The notes below the pieces were generated by a model. It was not told where the DNA came from. It was given only the letters and a program-made list of their open reading frames with translations, and searched no databases. Positions 18,253 through 28,081 of a stretch of DNA of 64,000 nt are shown here, one piece after another. This stretch comes from an uncultured Candidatus Saccharibacteria bacterium (GTDB lineage Bacteria; Patescibacteriota; Minisyncoccia; Phycocordibacterales; UBA5272): assembly GCA_964544935.1 (NCBI GenBank), contig CAZJDZ010000004.1, positions 15,802 to 79,801 of the forward strand, in the 5' to 3' direction. The translations under genes were made by a program, and so were the position numbers. Position 1 is the first letter of the stretch; each line of letters opens with the position of its first letter.

Positions 18253-21105
18253 TTAAGCTTGTGCAGTAGCGGTGGATTCTGGTTGGATAGATGTCTCTGT
18301 TTGAGAGGAGTTAGCAGCTGGAGGAACTGGAGGAGTAACAACTTTGGAAGAAGATTGTACTGGGATAGATGAAGGACGCACTTCTGGTGGATGAGGTTGA
18401 CTGATAGAAGCATTCGCTGCCCCTCCGGCATCAGCACGTTGTTGTACAAGTTTTTGTTGCATTTGACGCTTTTGTGCTACGCGTTGTGCAAAGCTACTTG
18501 TGTTGATAGAAAATTCAGCAGCATTTTCTATTGATCGATTTTGTTTATCTTTTGCCTCTGCAAGAATTTTGGTATCAGAATCTACCAAAGTAGAATCTTT
18601 TTGATCGACCACTTTTTGAGCTCTATCAACCTCAGCAGCTCTACCCTCTTCAACTTTCCTTATACGTTCCTCACGAAGTGCTGCACCAGCAAGAGGTCCG
18701 CCTAAGGTTTTGGTTGCTTCTTGGGAAGAAGCTGAGGCAGACCCCCCAGATCTTTTTGCAATAATTGCCTCTTTAACATCTGCACTCTGTCGAGCGAAAT
18801 AGTCTTTCTTTTTTTCTTCACTCATATCCTTGAGTTCATTTTCAACACGAAGAACCTCTTTGTTTAGATTCTCCTGAATTCCTTTCTCCTCTTTTTCTAT
18901 ATCATGCATCACTCGAGAAAGTGCCATACCTCTGTTACTTTCAAGTTTTGGATCGCTCCTCTTAAGCTCATCCATCTCTTTTTTGACTTGTTCAGTGAAC
19001 ATTTTTTTACCATCCTTACCCTCTTTTTTATAGTTGGCAAGTAATTGACCTCCAGTCTCGTCAACATAAGTATCGCCTAGTTTGTTTCTTTGGTCTTTTG
19101 TTAAGAAAAGAGCACCCCCGTTGTTTGAAAGATATTCTTCTCGTCTCTTTACAGCTTCTTCGTCCTCTTCTCCTTTTCTATGCCACTTACCGTCTGAGCC
19201 TATTCCATCTCGTTCGTACTTTGTTTTTATTCTGTCGGCACGAGCCATAACACTTTTAACACGCTTCTCATCTCGAGCATTTTTAATTTCTTCATGACCG
19301 AGTTTTGAACCCATCCCCATCCCCATCCCAAGTTTCTTTGCGGCTCCTGCAACATACGTGCTGTTACGTAGATCAAAGGTACTATTAGCAACAGAGTTAG
19401 AAAGGTCATACGCACGACGTCCAAGGAATGAGTTTTCGTTCTTTTTTACCCACTCACTCTCTCTTGCTTTAAGAGCAAGTCCACCTAAACCTTTTCGCGC
19501 AAGAAGACCTGCTCCACCCGCAGCAACTCCAAGTCCAAATCCTCCAACCTTACCTATTCCTTCAGTTGCCCAAGTTCCTACTGTTCCCGAGACACTAACG
19601 GTTACCTTGATCATGATATGCAGCATGATGAGCATCATGATGATGTTGAAGAATACAGGGATAGTTGTAGAAACAGGACCAGAAAGACTTCCTAAACCAG
19701 AAGAAGTAAGTGCTCCTGTTGTATGGAATACTTCCAAAAATTTAAGCGTAAGAGCAAGCATAATCATAAACACAGGACCAACCGCAAGTTGTTCAAAAAG
19801 AATCTTTCGAAGAAACTTTGCTCTCTCTCCAAGTACTGGAATAACCGCATCAACAAGTAAAAGTGGGGATGCAATAGTAAGAAACACAAGCGATACTGTG
19901 CGCCCTATCATGATAATGGTAACTCGTATAAAAATAAACGCAGCATATGCAACAAAAGCAACTGCTGCAAGAGCTGCAGGGACGCTGCTAAGCTCACCAA
20001 GCATGTTGCCAGTAGTGTTCGTAGTTGCACTAAACACTAAACCACTTAACCCAAGTGCACTCACAATAAGTGCCCCTGCTGTGTTCTCTGATGTTCCAGA
20101 AAGTGCACTACTTCCTACTGCTGAAGCATAAATATTAAGTGAAATAATATTTGAAATATCAATCGCTGTACGGATAAGTGGATATGAAAAGTTAACAAAA
20201 AGTCCAAACATAACCACCCACGGGATATATCGTTCAAATGTCTCCTCCTTTCCTAAGATATACATGAATCCTAAGTAGAGTCCTATGAAGACAATAGCAA
20301 GTGAGATGATTTGTCGAATAATAATCCAAATAGGATAGAGTGTGTCCGGTGCCCAATCGGAGAAATGAAGAATCCCTACTTGAATTGAAGTGTTAAAAAT
20401 ATTTGCAGAAGCCCAGAGTAAGAAACCAGCAAACTCAAGAAGTGTATTCTTAATAATCCAAGTTATTCCTTCATTGATACAGGCCACAAGACTCCATCTC
20501 CAAAGAGTACAAGTTCCTGTATCTTGTGCGCTAACAATTTTATCAGTTTGTGTCTGTGCGTTAGCTATCGCATCAGGATTTGAGTTAAGGTTTCCAGAAG
20601 AACCGCCGCTATTAATTGTTTTTGCTATTTCTAATTCTGTTCGTAACTGAGCTTGAAAAGCATTGTAGATGGACATTGCTTGAATTTTATTCATGTCACC
20701 ACTTAACGGCGGAATACTGCTTCCTAAGCTTTTTTGTGTTTCTGTAAGAGCTTTTATCTGTGCTTCAGGCGGGGAGAGTTTTGTATCATAAGAATTAAGG
20801 TATACGGTTTTAGCGGTACTTACTGCTGTTAGTAATTTAGGTGCTAATGTTTTATATATTTCATATCGAGCTTTACCCTCATCTGTTTGAAGTTTAGAAG
20901 CAGCATCTAAGCCTTGGTTTATTGCTACGGTATAGTTATCAAAAATTTTTGCGACATTACCTTTTGCAGTGTCATGAGTGTAGTTAGTCGAGTTGTAAGA
21001 AATTATGTTTGCTGATTGAGCATGAGTTTTTTGAGGCGTTGAAAAACCACCAAAAAGGCTTACAGAAAGGAGAATAAGAGAGATGACTACACCAAGTCTT
21101 TTCAT
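18253..21105 (-). CDS. VirB6/TrbL-like polytopic membrane protein with long charged C-terminal tail
   Basis: Signal peptide, several TM segments (LFVNFS, IDISN, R...L..L.I.SPL), Gly-rich then coiled-coil tail. Confidence 0.7.
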   Translation of the reverse strand: MKRLGVVISLILLSVSLFGGFSTPQKTHAQSANIISYNSTNYTHDTAKGNVAKIFDNYTVAINQGLDAASKLQTDEGKARYEIYKTLAPKLLTAVSTAKTVYLNSYDTKLSPPEAQIKALTETQKSLGSSIPPLSGDMNKIQAMSIYNAFQAQLRTELEIAKTINSGGSSGNLNSNPDAIANAQTQTDKIVSAQDTGTCTLWRWSLVACINEGITWIIKNTLLEFAGFLLWASANIFNTSIQVGILHFSDWAPDTLYPIWIIIRQIISLAIVFIGLYLGFMYILGKEETFERYIPWVVMFGLFVNFSYPLIRTAIDISNIISLNIYASAVGSSALSGTSENTAGALIVSALGLSGLVFSATTNTTGNMLGELSSVPAALAAVAFVAYAAFIFIRVTIIMIGRTVSLVFLTIASPLLLVDAVIPVLGERAKFLRKILFEQLAVGPVFMIMLALTLKFLEVFHTTGALTSSGLGSLSGPVSTTIPVFFNIIMMLIMLHIMIKVTVSVSGTVGTWATEGIGKVGGFGLGVAAGGAGLLARKGLGGLALKARESEWVKKNENSFLGRRAYDLSNSVANSTFDLRNSTYVAGAAKKLGMGMGMGSKLGHEEIKNARDEKRVKSVMARADRIKTKYERDGIGSDGKWHRKGEEDEEAVKRREEYLSNNGGALFLTKDQRNKLGDTYVDETGGQLLANYKKEGKDGKKMFTEQVKKEMDELKRSDPKLESNRGMALSRVMHDIEKEEKGIQENLNKEVLRVENELKDMSEEKKKDYFARQSADVKEAIIAKRSGGSASASSQEATKTLGGPLAGAALREERIRKVEEGRAAEVDRAQKVVDQKDSTLVDSDTKILAEAKDKQNRSIENAAEFSINTSSFAQRVAQKRQMQQKLVQQRADAGGAANASISQPHPPEVRPSSIPVQSSSKVVTPPVPPAANSSQTETSIQPESTATAQA

Positions 21106-21177
21106 AGCACTAGTGTATCATATAACCTTTATAGAAATGGATTGTTGGTAAACGTAAACAATTTTCTGTAAAGTAAA

Positions 21178-22911
21178 TTATTTCTCTGCATCCTTGCGTG
21201 TATCTATACAGTTTTGATTGAATGTATTAAGGTTTCCTACGTCTACAGATTCTTGTAATGTGGCTTTGTGTATAAGGTACGCACCTTGTTCTACCGCAGA
21301 GGCACTTATACCTTCAGGTAAGCCTTGATTTTTTACTGTAGATTGAAAGTTGTTAAAAATTGAAAGAATTTCTTCTGTTGATTGAGATATATTAATTTTT
21401 GAAATAGTTTCATCAATAAGTGTGATTTCAGTTTGAGCGCGCACTTGATCAGCTAGTAGTTTTCCTCGTGTTGAACTAGATCCATTATATTCTCTTGCAT
21501 AATAGGTGTTATAAAAATTTCTTGCTGCTACAACAGGTCCATTAACTATTATATTATCAGGATAATCTAAAGAGAGTCTTTCAAAACACTGAAGCATGGT
21601 ATCCATCGCAGCTTTTTCATTTTCTATAGATGTAAGATGGTTAGCTTGCCAGCCGAGCAGTCCCCCAAGAGCAGTTTTTTGTCCTGACAAGAAATCAAGA
21701 GGGGTTTTTGTAAGATTAGTTTTTCCGGATGAATCATTTAAAAGGTCGTTAGTATATCCTCCTGTCCCTCCCCCTGTACCAGTTCCTCCCCCACTTCCGA
21801 CACCAAGCTGGCTGCCAATTTGTTGTGTTAAGGAAAGTGTATTCATTGCCACGCCAACAACAGACATGATTCCAGAAGCACTATTACCAATTGTTGCAAG
21901 TTGAGGTTTAATTGTATCAAATGAATTCTTGAAGCTTTCGTTAATAGAGTTTGCTGTCTGTGTTATTTTTTCTTGTACACATGGAGCAGTAAGATCCCCT
22001 GTCTCATATTTTGTGCCATCTATTTTTGTTGCAACTCGTTTTGTACAAGTGGTTACACTGCGAAGCCCTCCCCCTGATTTCAGATCTTCTACAGCTGCTT
22101 GCGCTATCTGGTTTTTTCTCGCCTCAACTTCTTGCTCTATACGCTGAGATCTACAGAACTCATTGTCGCAAGACGTCATAGCAAGAAAACTATCAAGCGA
22201 CGGATTTTGTTTATTGATAGCTGTGAGCGCTGCTCGTGTATTGGGGTCACTGAGATCGCCACAAAGGGCGTCGCTCAGCTCTTTTTTACGGGTTGTATAT
22301 GCGGCACGATACTCTTCTTGTGTGTAGCTGCCACTAGAGTTACTAATGTCTTTTTCTGCTTGAGATGAAAGAGCGGCATCAGTACATCTCCTCTTCTGTT
22401 CCATCGCAGGAATATTTGATTGATTGATGGACGCAATTCTATCATCTAGAGTTCTGTTTTGATATCGTGTTCTTTGGATAAGATTAGCCATAACACTGTC
22501 ACTGTAAGGGCCATTTTGTTCTGTGAGGCTCCCTATTGCTTGTTGAGTAACTCCATTTGATTTGTTACGTAGATATTCCTCAGGGTCTGCCACAAGAAGC
22601 GCATTTTCTTGGCCCATGGTTCCTCGTACCAAATTCTGTATTCCATTGTTAGAGGATATAATTGCTCGTAAAGTAAGAACACTGTTCATAGGAGTAAGAA
22701 CGTCTCTATTAACCTGTGATAGTACATCTAGTGTTGCGCTTGTCATAACACCACTACCAATAACTCCTTGTGTAGCGTAGTCTTTAACCATTTGAACAAG
22801 TGCAGCCGGATCAAAAACAATATCTCCAGCTCCAAAAAGTGTATGAGCTTTGTGTGTCGAAGAAGACGTTATTGCAAGAAGAAGAATTGATGTAAAAAAT
22901 ATTTTTTTCAT
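21178..22911 (-). CDS. secreted protein with VirB5/TrbJ-like N-terminus
   Basis: Signal peptide then GDIVFDPAALVQ motif; helical, paired Cys. Confidence 0.55.
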   Translation of the reverse strand: MKKIFFTSILLLAITSSSTHKAHTLFGAGDIVFDPAALVQMVKDYATQGVIGSGVMTSATLDVLSQVNRDVLTPMNSVLTLRAIISSNNGIQNLVRGTMGQENALLVADPEEYLRNKSNGVTQQAIGSLTEQNGPYSDSVMANLIQRTRYQNRTLDDRIASINQSNIPAMEQKRRCTDAALSSQAEKDISNSSGSYTQEEYRAAYTTRKKELSDALCGDLSDPNTRAALTAINKQNPSLDSFLAMTSCDNEFCRSQRIEQEVEARKNQIAQAAVEDLKSGGGLRSVTTCTKRVATKIDGTKYETGDLTAPCVQEKITQTANSINESFKNSFDTIKPQLATIGNSASGIMSVVGVAMNTLSLTQQIGSQLGVGSGGGTGTGGGTGGYTNDLLNDSSGKTNLTKTPLDFLSGQKTALGGLLGWQANHLTSIENEKAAMDTMLQCFERLSLDYPDNIIVNGPVVAARNFYNTYYAREYNGSSSTRGKLLADQVRAQTEITLIDETISKINISQSTEEILSIFNNFQSTVKNQGLPEGISASAVEQGAYLIHKATLQESVDVGNLNTFNQNCIDTRKDAEK

Positions 22912-22924
22912 ACGTGAGTCATGA

Positions 22925-23866
22925 TTATTCTAAAGTATACCCTATTGTAAACACATACCCAGATTCATTCGCATTAAATACAATATTTTTGAGAGTAAAG
23001 TACTCGCTAAGTTTTTTGTAAATAAGAAGTGTTCCAACAAGTGTGTCTGGGTACTTATCAAGCGCAATCTTTGCTCGAATAGGATCAGAGACCCCTTTTG
23101 ATAAATCAAGGAGCACATCTCTGTAAAGAGTTATCTGATTAAGCATTGTAATATGATAAAGCGATGCAGATGGAGGAACAGAAAGTGCGAGAAGTTTTTT
23201 TAGTATTGCATCTATACGAGCAGACTCTGTTTTGAGGCGGATTATATCAGACACCCCTTCTTGGTCCTGTGACGACGCAAATGCTGCAAGAGCCTCAGCA
23301 TCTTTTGTAATAGTCCCTTCAGTAATTATTCCTTGTATAATAGTGGCAACAGTATTCCCGTATGCTTTGATTGTGTCCCTGCTCTCACTAGACGCTACAC
23401 GAATTTCACTATAAAGGTATTTTTTTGAAGTAACTTTTTGTGCTTCTTGAGTGATGAGTTCTTCAATGATCTTCTGTTGCTCCTCTGCACTCACTCCCCC
23501 TGCGTTAATAATCTGATTTGAAGCAAGATAAATGTTTTTTGAAAATGAAGAAGTGAGATTGTTTGGGTCATTAAGTGCCGCAAGCGTTTCTGCACTTGGT
23601 GGGTTATTCTTTGCTTCAGCAATAATAGCATCTCCATATTTGGTGCTTCTGGTAAGTTCCTCCCACGTTACTTTTCCGTCATCGTCGTTATCGTACGTAT
23701 CAACATCCGAAGCTCTAAGTTGAGTGAAATCAATCGGAGTGTATCCATTTTTTCTTGTCTCTACTCCAAACCAACTTGCAGGAACAAATGCGCTCATAAT
23801 AAAAACTGCAATAAGCAGTGCAAAAAACATGTATGACCTAGATATGTCTTTTCGATCAGGACTCAT
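22925..23866 (-). CDS. membrane-anchored protein with a DxDxDG-like Ca-binding motif
   Basis: N-terminal TM, DNDDDGKVTWEE, helical ectodomain. Confidence 0.65.
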   Translation of the reverse strand: MSPDRKDISRSYMFFALLIAVFIMSAFVPASWFGVETRKNGYTPIDFTQLRASDVDTYDNDDDGKVTWEELTRSTKYGDAIIAEAKNNPPSAETLAALNDPNNLTSSFSKNIYLASNQIINAGGVSAEEQQKIIEELITQEAQKVTSKKYLYSEIRVASSESRDTIKAYGNTVATIIQGIITEGTITKDAEALAAFASSQDQEGVSDIIRLKTESARIDAILKKLLALSVPPSASLYHITMLNQITLYRDVLLDLSKGVSDPIRAKIALDKYPDTLVGTLLIYKKLSEYFTLKNIVFNANESGYVFTIGYTLE

Positions 23867-23958
23867 GCCACCAGTATACTTCTATAACTATGTATCATCG
23901 TATATCTGTCCACATGTAGTGTGTATGGGTATACATACACAAGCAAGGTTTTGGCAGG

Positions 23959-24762
23959 TTATTTGCTAAGTAATGAAGCAAGTAAGAGCCAAGAAGAAAG
24001 AGGCACGTCTTCAGCGCGTACTTTTTCTGAAAGGTCTATTTCTTTAAAAAGTGAAATAACATCATTGTCTACAAAAACAGATTTGATATTTGAAAGTGCA
24101 AACTTTCTTTTGTGAGCAAACGCTGCATGAATGAGTTTAAAAAAAATAGCCTCATGGTACTGGTTTTTAAAATTATTCTTAGAAATATTTTTGATTTGTA
24201 GCACAGCAGAGTCGACAGTTGGAATTGGGTTGAAGCTCCCCTTGTTTACTTTGTAGACAAGTTTTGGCTCGCCGTAGACTTTGACTGAAAGTGAAAGAAG
24301 TGATTCTTTGCCGTCTCGTGCGCAGACACGTTCAGCAACTTCTTTTTGCACAAGAACTACCATTGTACTTGGTTGGTATGTATGAGAGAGAAATTTAGAA
24401 AGAATAGCTCCAGTGATGTAATAGGGAATGTTAGCTATTAGCTTGTAGCTATTAGCTTGTAGCTTGTAGTTTTGAGGCTCAAATTCTAAGACGTCACCCT
24501 CGATGAGAGTAAGTTGATGAGAAGCGATTTCTGATGAGAAGTTTTCGGTAAGTAATGGGAGTAAATCTCTGTCTTTTTCAAGAGCAACAATAGATGCTCC
24601 AGATTCTAAAAGAGCCTTAGTAAGAAAGCCTTTTCCAGGACCAATTTCTAGAATTGTATCAGTAGGAGTTATTTCACCAGCGGAAACAATCTGCATACGA
24701 GCAGGAATAGAAGTGAGGAAGTTCTGTCCGAGAGATTTTTTTGGAGCGTGGTATGACGACAT
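23959..24762 (-). CDS. rsmA: 16S rRNA adenine dimethyltransferase RsmA/KsgA
   Basis: KKSLGQNFL, LEIGPG.G.LT, ANIPYYIT, QKEVAER, F.P.P.VDSA. Confidence 0.96.
   Translation of the reverse strand: MSSYHAPKKSLGQNFLTSIPARMQIVSAGEITPTDTILEIGPGKGFLTKALLESGASIVALEKDRDLLPLLTENFSSEIASHQLTLIEGDVLEFEPQNYKLQANSYKLIANIPYYITGAILSKFLSHTYQPSTMVVLVQKEVAERVCARDGKESLLSLSVKVYGEPKLVYKVNKGSFNPIPTVDSAVLQIKNISKNNFKNQYHEAIFFKLIHAAFAHKRKFALSNIKSVFVDNDVISLFKEIDLSEKVRAEDVPLSSWLLLASLLSK
24431..24474 (-). repeat. heptamer tandem repeat (AGCTACA/AGCTAAT) inside rsmA
   Basis: Six degenerate 7-mers encoding NYKLQANSYKLIAN; same units occur intergenically at 1353-1383 and 48556-48587. Confidence 0.8.
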
Positions 24763-24817
24763 GGTATGAAGAGACTCTAGCATTTTTTCTCGGAAGATTC
24801 TATCTGGTGTAGAGAAA

Positions 24818-24846
24818 AGAAGGCGCGGCCGTAGGCCGCGCCTTCT
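24818..24846. terminator. 13-bp palindrome with GTA triloop
   Basis: AGAAGGCGCGGCC-GTA-GGCCGCGCCTTCT downstream of pcrA. Confidence 0.7.
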
Positions 24847-24926
24847 GTAGCACCCTTTCCATTATTTGTGTGATGTATTTGTCTGACATCTGTCAGCGAA
24901 GCGGTCTATGTTCTCTTGTCTATATT

Positions 24927-26873
24927 CTAAATATACACTATAGCCCCACCATTTTGTTTGTAGTAGAGGTCATGATGAAGAGCTATGTTATCATCTAGAT
25001 CTTCCAAGAATTCACTCGGAGCATTGATCTGTTTTTGTCCGAAAATTGTTCGAAGTTCAGCATACGAAAGATAGAGTTGTTTACGAGCGCGAGTAACTGC
25101 TACATAAAAGAGTCTACGCTCCTCCTCCTCCTCCTCCTTGCTTCGTTTACGATTACCAATATTTTTATGAGGGAAAAGATCTTGTTCAAGTCCTACAATA
25201 AATACATGATTAAATTCCAATCCTTTACTTGCATGTACGGTCATCAAACGTACACCATTTTTTTCTGCAGTGTCATTGTCTTGGTCTGACTGAAGAGAAG
25301 TTTCTTCAAGAAATTGTGTGAGAGCTTCCATGCCTGCTACCCCGTCATAACGTACAGTAAGTGACACAAGTTCTCGTGCGTTCTCAAGGCGTTCTGCATC
25401 TTCGCTTGCCCCTTCTAACATTTCCTTTTCCATACCTCCATCAACGATGATCATCGAAATAACATGAGAGAGAGGTTCAGTTTCAAGTGTGGTCATAATC
25501 TTGTCCAAAAATTCGTACACCTGTCCAATTTTTATAGCTGCTGCTTTTGGTATTTCTTCGCCTGCAAAAATTTTTGCAACCGTCACCTTTCCTATCCCTC
25601 TTTTTGGTGTATCAAATACTCGACGAAGATCTGCTTGAGAAGATCTGTTAAGTGCTGCACGCAAGTAACTCATGACATCTTTAATTTCTTTTCGTTCAAA
25701 GAATTTTGTACCGAGCAAGTTGTAGGCGATGTTTTCTTTAAGAAATCCTTCTTCAAGAACTCGCGACTGAAAATTGGCACGGTATAGTACAGCAATGTTT
25801 TGAGGGTTCTCCCCTCCCTCAATTAGTTCTTTACACTTTCTAGCAACTTGTTCAGCTTCTGACCCCTCGTCCCAACATGGTTGCACCTCTATTTTTTCGC
25901 CACTACCTTGTGAAGTAAAAAGATTCTTTTCAGTACGAACAGTATTTTTCTTAATTGCTGTATTTGCAAGCAAGAGAATGTTTCCTGTTGAGCGATAGTT
26001 TTCTTCAAGAAGTACAGTGTGAGCACCAGCAAAATCCTTTTCGAAGTTAAGAATATTTCTTATGTTTGCGCCACGCCAACTGTAGATGTTTTGGTCAGTG
26101 TCACCAACAACACAAATATTGTTTGTCTCTGGATTAACAAGAAGTTTAATGAATGCATATTGAGCTCCGTTAGTATCTTGGTACTCATCAATGTGAATAT
26201 ATTTGAAACGATTCTGGTAATACCCTCTGATGTCTACGTGGTCTTCAAGCATATAGACTGCACGAACGATTAGGTCATCAAAATCAACTGCCTTTTGACG
26301 CTTCAGCTCCTCTTCATAGATTCTCCATACTGTTGCAACAATATCCATTTGAGCTGTTGCTACTTTCGCTTGGTATTCTTTTTGATTAACAAAGTCACCT
26401 TTTTCACGACTAATGATTGAGCGAATTTTTGAAGGGTCGTTAATCTTCGGATCAAGGCCTAATTGTTCTACTGCACGTTTGATAATTGAGAGTGAATCTG
26501 AAGAGTCTAAAATAGTCGGGTGGCGAAGTAGGTTGAGTCTGTCTGCTTGCTCAGAAAGCATCATAAGACCGAGTGAATGAAACGTCTTAATAACAGGTGT
26601 GTGGTGGTATGGATTTTCTTTTTCAATAATATGCTCCTCCTCTAGACGAGAAACAATTCTTTCACGCATCTCCTTGGCAGCTTTATTGGTAAAAGTCACC
26701 GCAAGAATATTACGAGGGTCCGTACCTTTTTTTACTATGGTTACAATTCGCTCAGTAAGTGTTTTTGTTTTCCCAGCCCCTGCTCCCGCAACGATCAAGA
26801 GAGGTCCTTCCGTACGAATAGATGCTTCATACTGTGCTGGGTTGAGTTCGATTCTGTTGGAGGAAGTCATCAT
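24927..26873 (-). CDS. pcrA: ATP-dependent DNA helicase PcrA/UvrD
   Basis: AGAGAGKT, TFTNKAA, DEYQDTN, VGD.DQ.IY.WRGA, NYRS, MTVHASKGLEF, EERRLFYVAVTRA. Confidence 0.93.
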   Translation of the reverse strand: MMTSSNRIELNPAQYEASIRTEGPLLIVAGAGAGKTKTLTERIVTIVKKGTDPRNILAVTFTNKAAKEMRERIVSRLEEEHIIEKENPYHHTPVIKTFHSLGLMMLSEQADRLNLLRHPTILDSSDSLSIIKRAVEQLGLDPKINDPSKIRSIISREKGDFVNQKEYQAKVATAQMDIVATVWRIYEEELKRQKAVDFDDLIVRAVYMLEDHVDIRGYYQNRFKYIHIDEYQDTNGAQYAFIKLLVNPETNNICVVGDTDQNIYSWRGANIRNILNFEKDFAGAHTVLLEENYRSTGNILLLANTAIKKNTVRTEKNLFTSQGSGEKIEVQPCWDEGSEAEQVARKCKELIEGGENPQNIAVLYRANFQSRVLEEGFLKENIAYNLLGTKFFERKEIKDVMSYLRAALNRSSQADLRRVFDTPKRGIGKVTVAKIFAGEEIPKAAAIKIGQVYEFLDKIMTTLETEPLSHVISMIIVDGGMEKEMLEGASEDAERLENARELVSLTVRYDGVAGMEALTQFLEETSLQSDQDNDTAEKNGVRLMTVHASKGLEFNHVFIVGLEQDLFPHKNIGNRKRSKEEEEEERRLFYVAVTRARKQLYLSYAELRTIFGQKQINAPSEFLEDLDDNIALHHDLYYKQNGGAIVYI

Positions 26874-26951
26874 AGGTCTCTAGTGTAACAGAAGACTGGG
26901 TAAAGAAAATAGTGATCTAAAATAGATATGCTTGTAGCAGTATTAAGATAC

Positions 26952-27731
26952 TTAATTTTTGTTTTTAAAAAAATGAACAATAGGCTCTATATTAATGATA
27001 AAAGGGTTATTGGTTTTTGAAAAATGAGCAACACCAAAGTTTTCACTTTCATATTTTTTTGGTATATATGTCCCAAAAATCTTGTCCCAGAATGAGAATA
27101 AAAAACCATAATTCTTGTTACCGTATTTTTCTGTATGATGTAACGCATGAAGGTTAGGTGTAATAAAAATATGCGAAAATATGCGAGGGATGCTGTTACG
27201 AAATAAAAAAGAATGAGTAATAATCTGGTGAAAGAAAATTGTTTGAGCAATTGGAGATAGTAACTGAGGGTTAGCTCCTAGAAAGCTAAAAAAAGCAAAA
27301 GAAGTTATCGTAAAAAATGCAGAAACAATAGGAACACGTATTGTTGTGGAGGCATCAAGATTATTGTCAGAGTGGTGTACTGAATGGAACATCCAAAAGA
27401 AACGAGACGTGTGATAAAGCACATGAGTTGCGTAGCTTATACCGTCAAATATGATGAGCCATAAGAAAAAGTATATCCACGAAACAGGTGTGTAGATAAG
27501 CGAGTAGTGAGACACAAAAGCAAGCACAGAGTCTCGCGTAAGCACATAGTGACTAAAAAAAGAGAAGAGAACAAGACCGATAAACAAAACTCCAAAATTA
27601 GCGAGTGTATGTGAAAATGAGAAATTTTTTTTATTAAATTTCAAAAAAATATATTCACAAAAAATAACTAAAAAGAGAAATAGATAAGGTGCTGGCCCTT
27701 GTACAAAGTGTATATATTCTTCGATACTCAT
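26952..27731 (-). CDS. fatty acid hydroxylase / sterol desaturase family di-iron membrane protein
   Basis: His boxes HVLYH, HSVHH, H..ITH, HALHH and NYG..FS.WDKIFGT; start placed 7 nt after TACAAT. Confidence 0.88.
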   Translation of the reverse strand: MSIEEYIHFVQGPAPYLFLFLVIFCEYIFLKFNKKNFSFSHTLANFGVLFIGLVLFSFFSHYVLTRDSVLAFVSHYSLIYTPVSWIYFFLWLIIFDGISYATHVLYHTSRFFWMFHSVHHSDNNLDASTTIRVPIVSAFFTITSFAFFSFLGANPQLLSPIAQTIFFHQIITHSFLFRNSIPRIFSHIFITPNLHALHHTEKYGNKNYGFLFSFWDKIFGTYIPKKYESENFGVAHFSKTNNPFIINIEPIVHFFKNKN

Positions 27732-27768
27732 TGCTACCATTGTACTACAAGCGGTATACGAGTCAGAT

Positions 27769-28065
27769 CTACACAGATGGTTCTTTGTTGAATGACAGAA
27801 CTACCTTTTTTCGTGCTTCTTGGAAGAGTTCTTCGTAGTTAGGAACAAGATGTTTCAGTGTTGTTGCATAAAATTCTTCCCCCATGTTTGCAGATGCTTG
27901 TAATGCATCAAATTGCTTAGCTCCAATAGCATCATACACATCAAGAAGAAATTGTTTTTGAATTGTTTTTGAAATTTCAAAAAGCATCTCCTCCTTGTCT
28001 TCTTCTGGAAGATCTTTGAGATTAAAATCTGAAATGAGTTGATTATATAGTTCTTGGAAGTTCAT
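27769..28065 (-). CDS. small acidic helical protein (DUF5663-like)
   Basis: 98 aa, L.DLPEE.K ... PNYEELFQE pattern; directly follows the 1072-aa gene. Confidence 0.6.
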   Translation of the reverse strand: MNFQELYNQLISDFNLKDLPEEDKEEMLFEISKTIQKQFLLDVYDAIGAKQFDALQASANMGEEFYATTLKHLVPNYEELFQEARKKVVLSFNKEPSV

Positions 28066-28081
28066 GGATAATGATTATTTA

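Noticed and set aside
19358-20131. 257-aa plus-strand ORF and the many other 60-150 aa overlapping ORFs in the track
   Set aside because: Antisense or off-frame shadows of well-supported genes, with no motifs or expression signals
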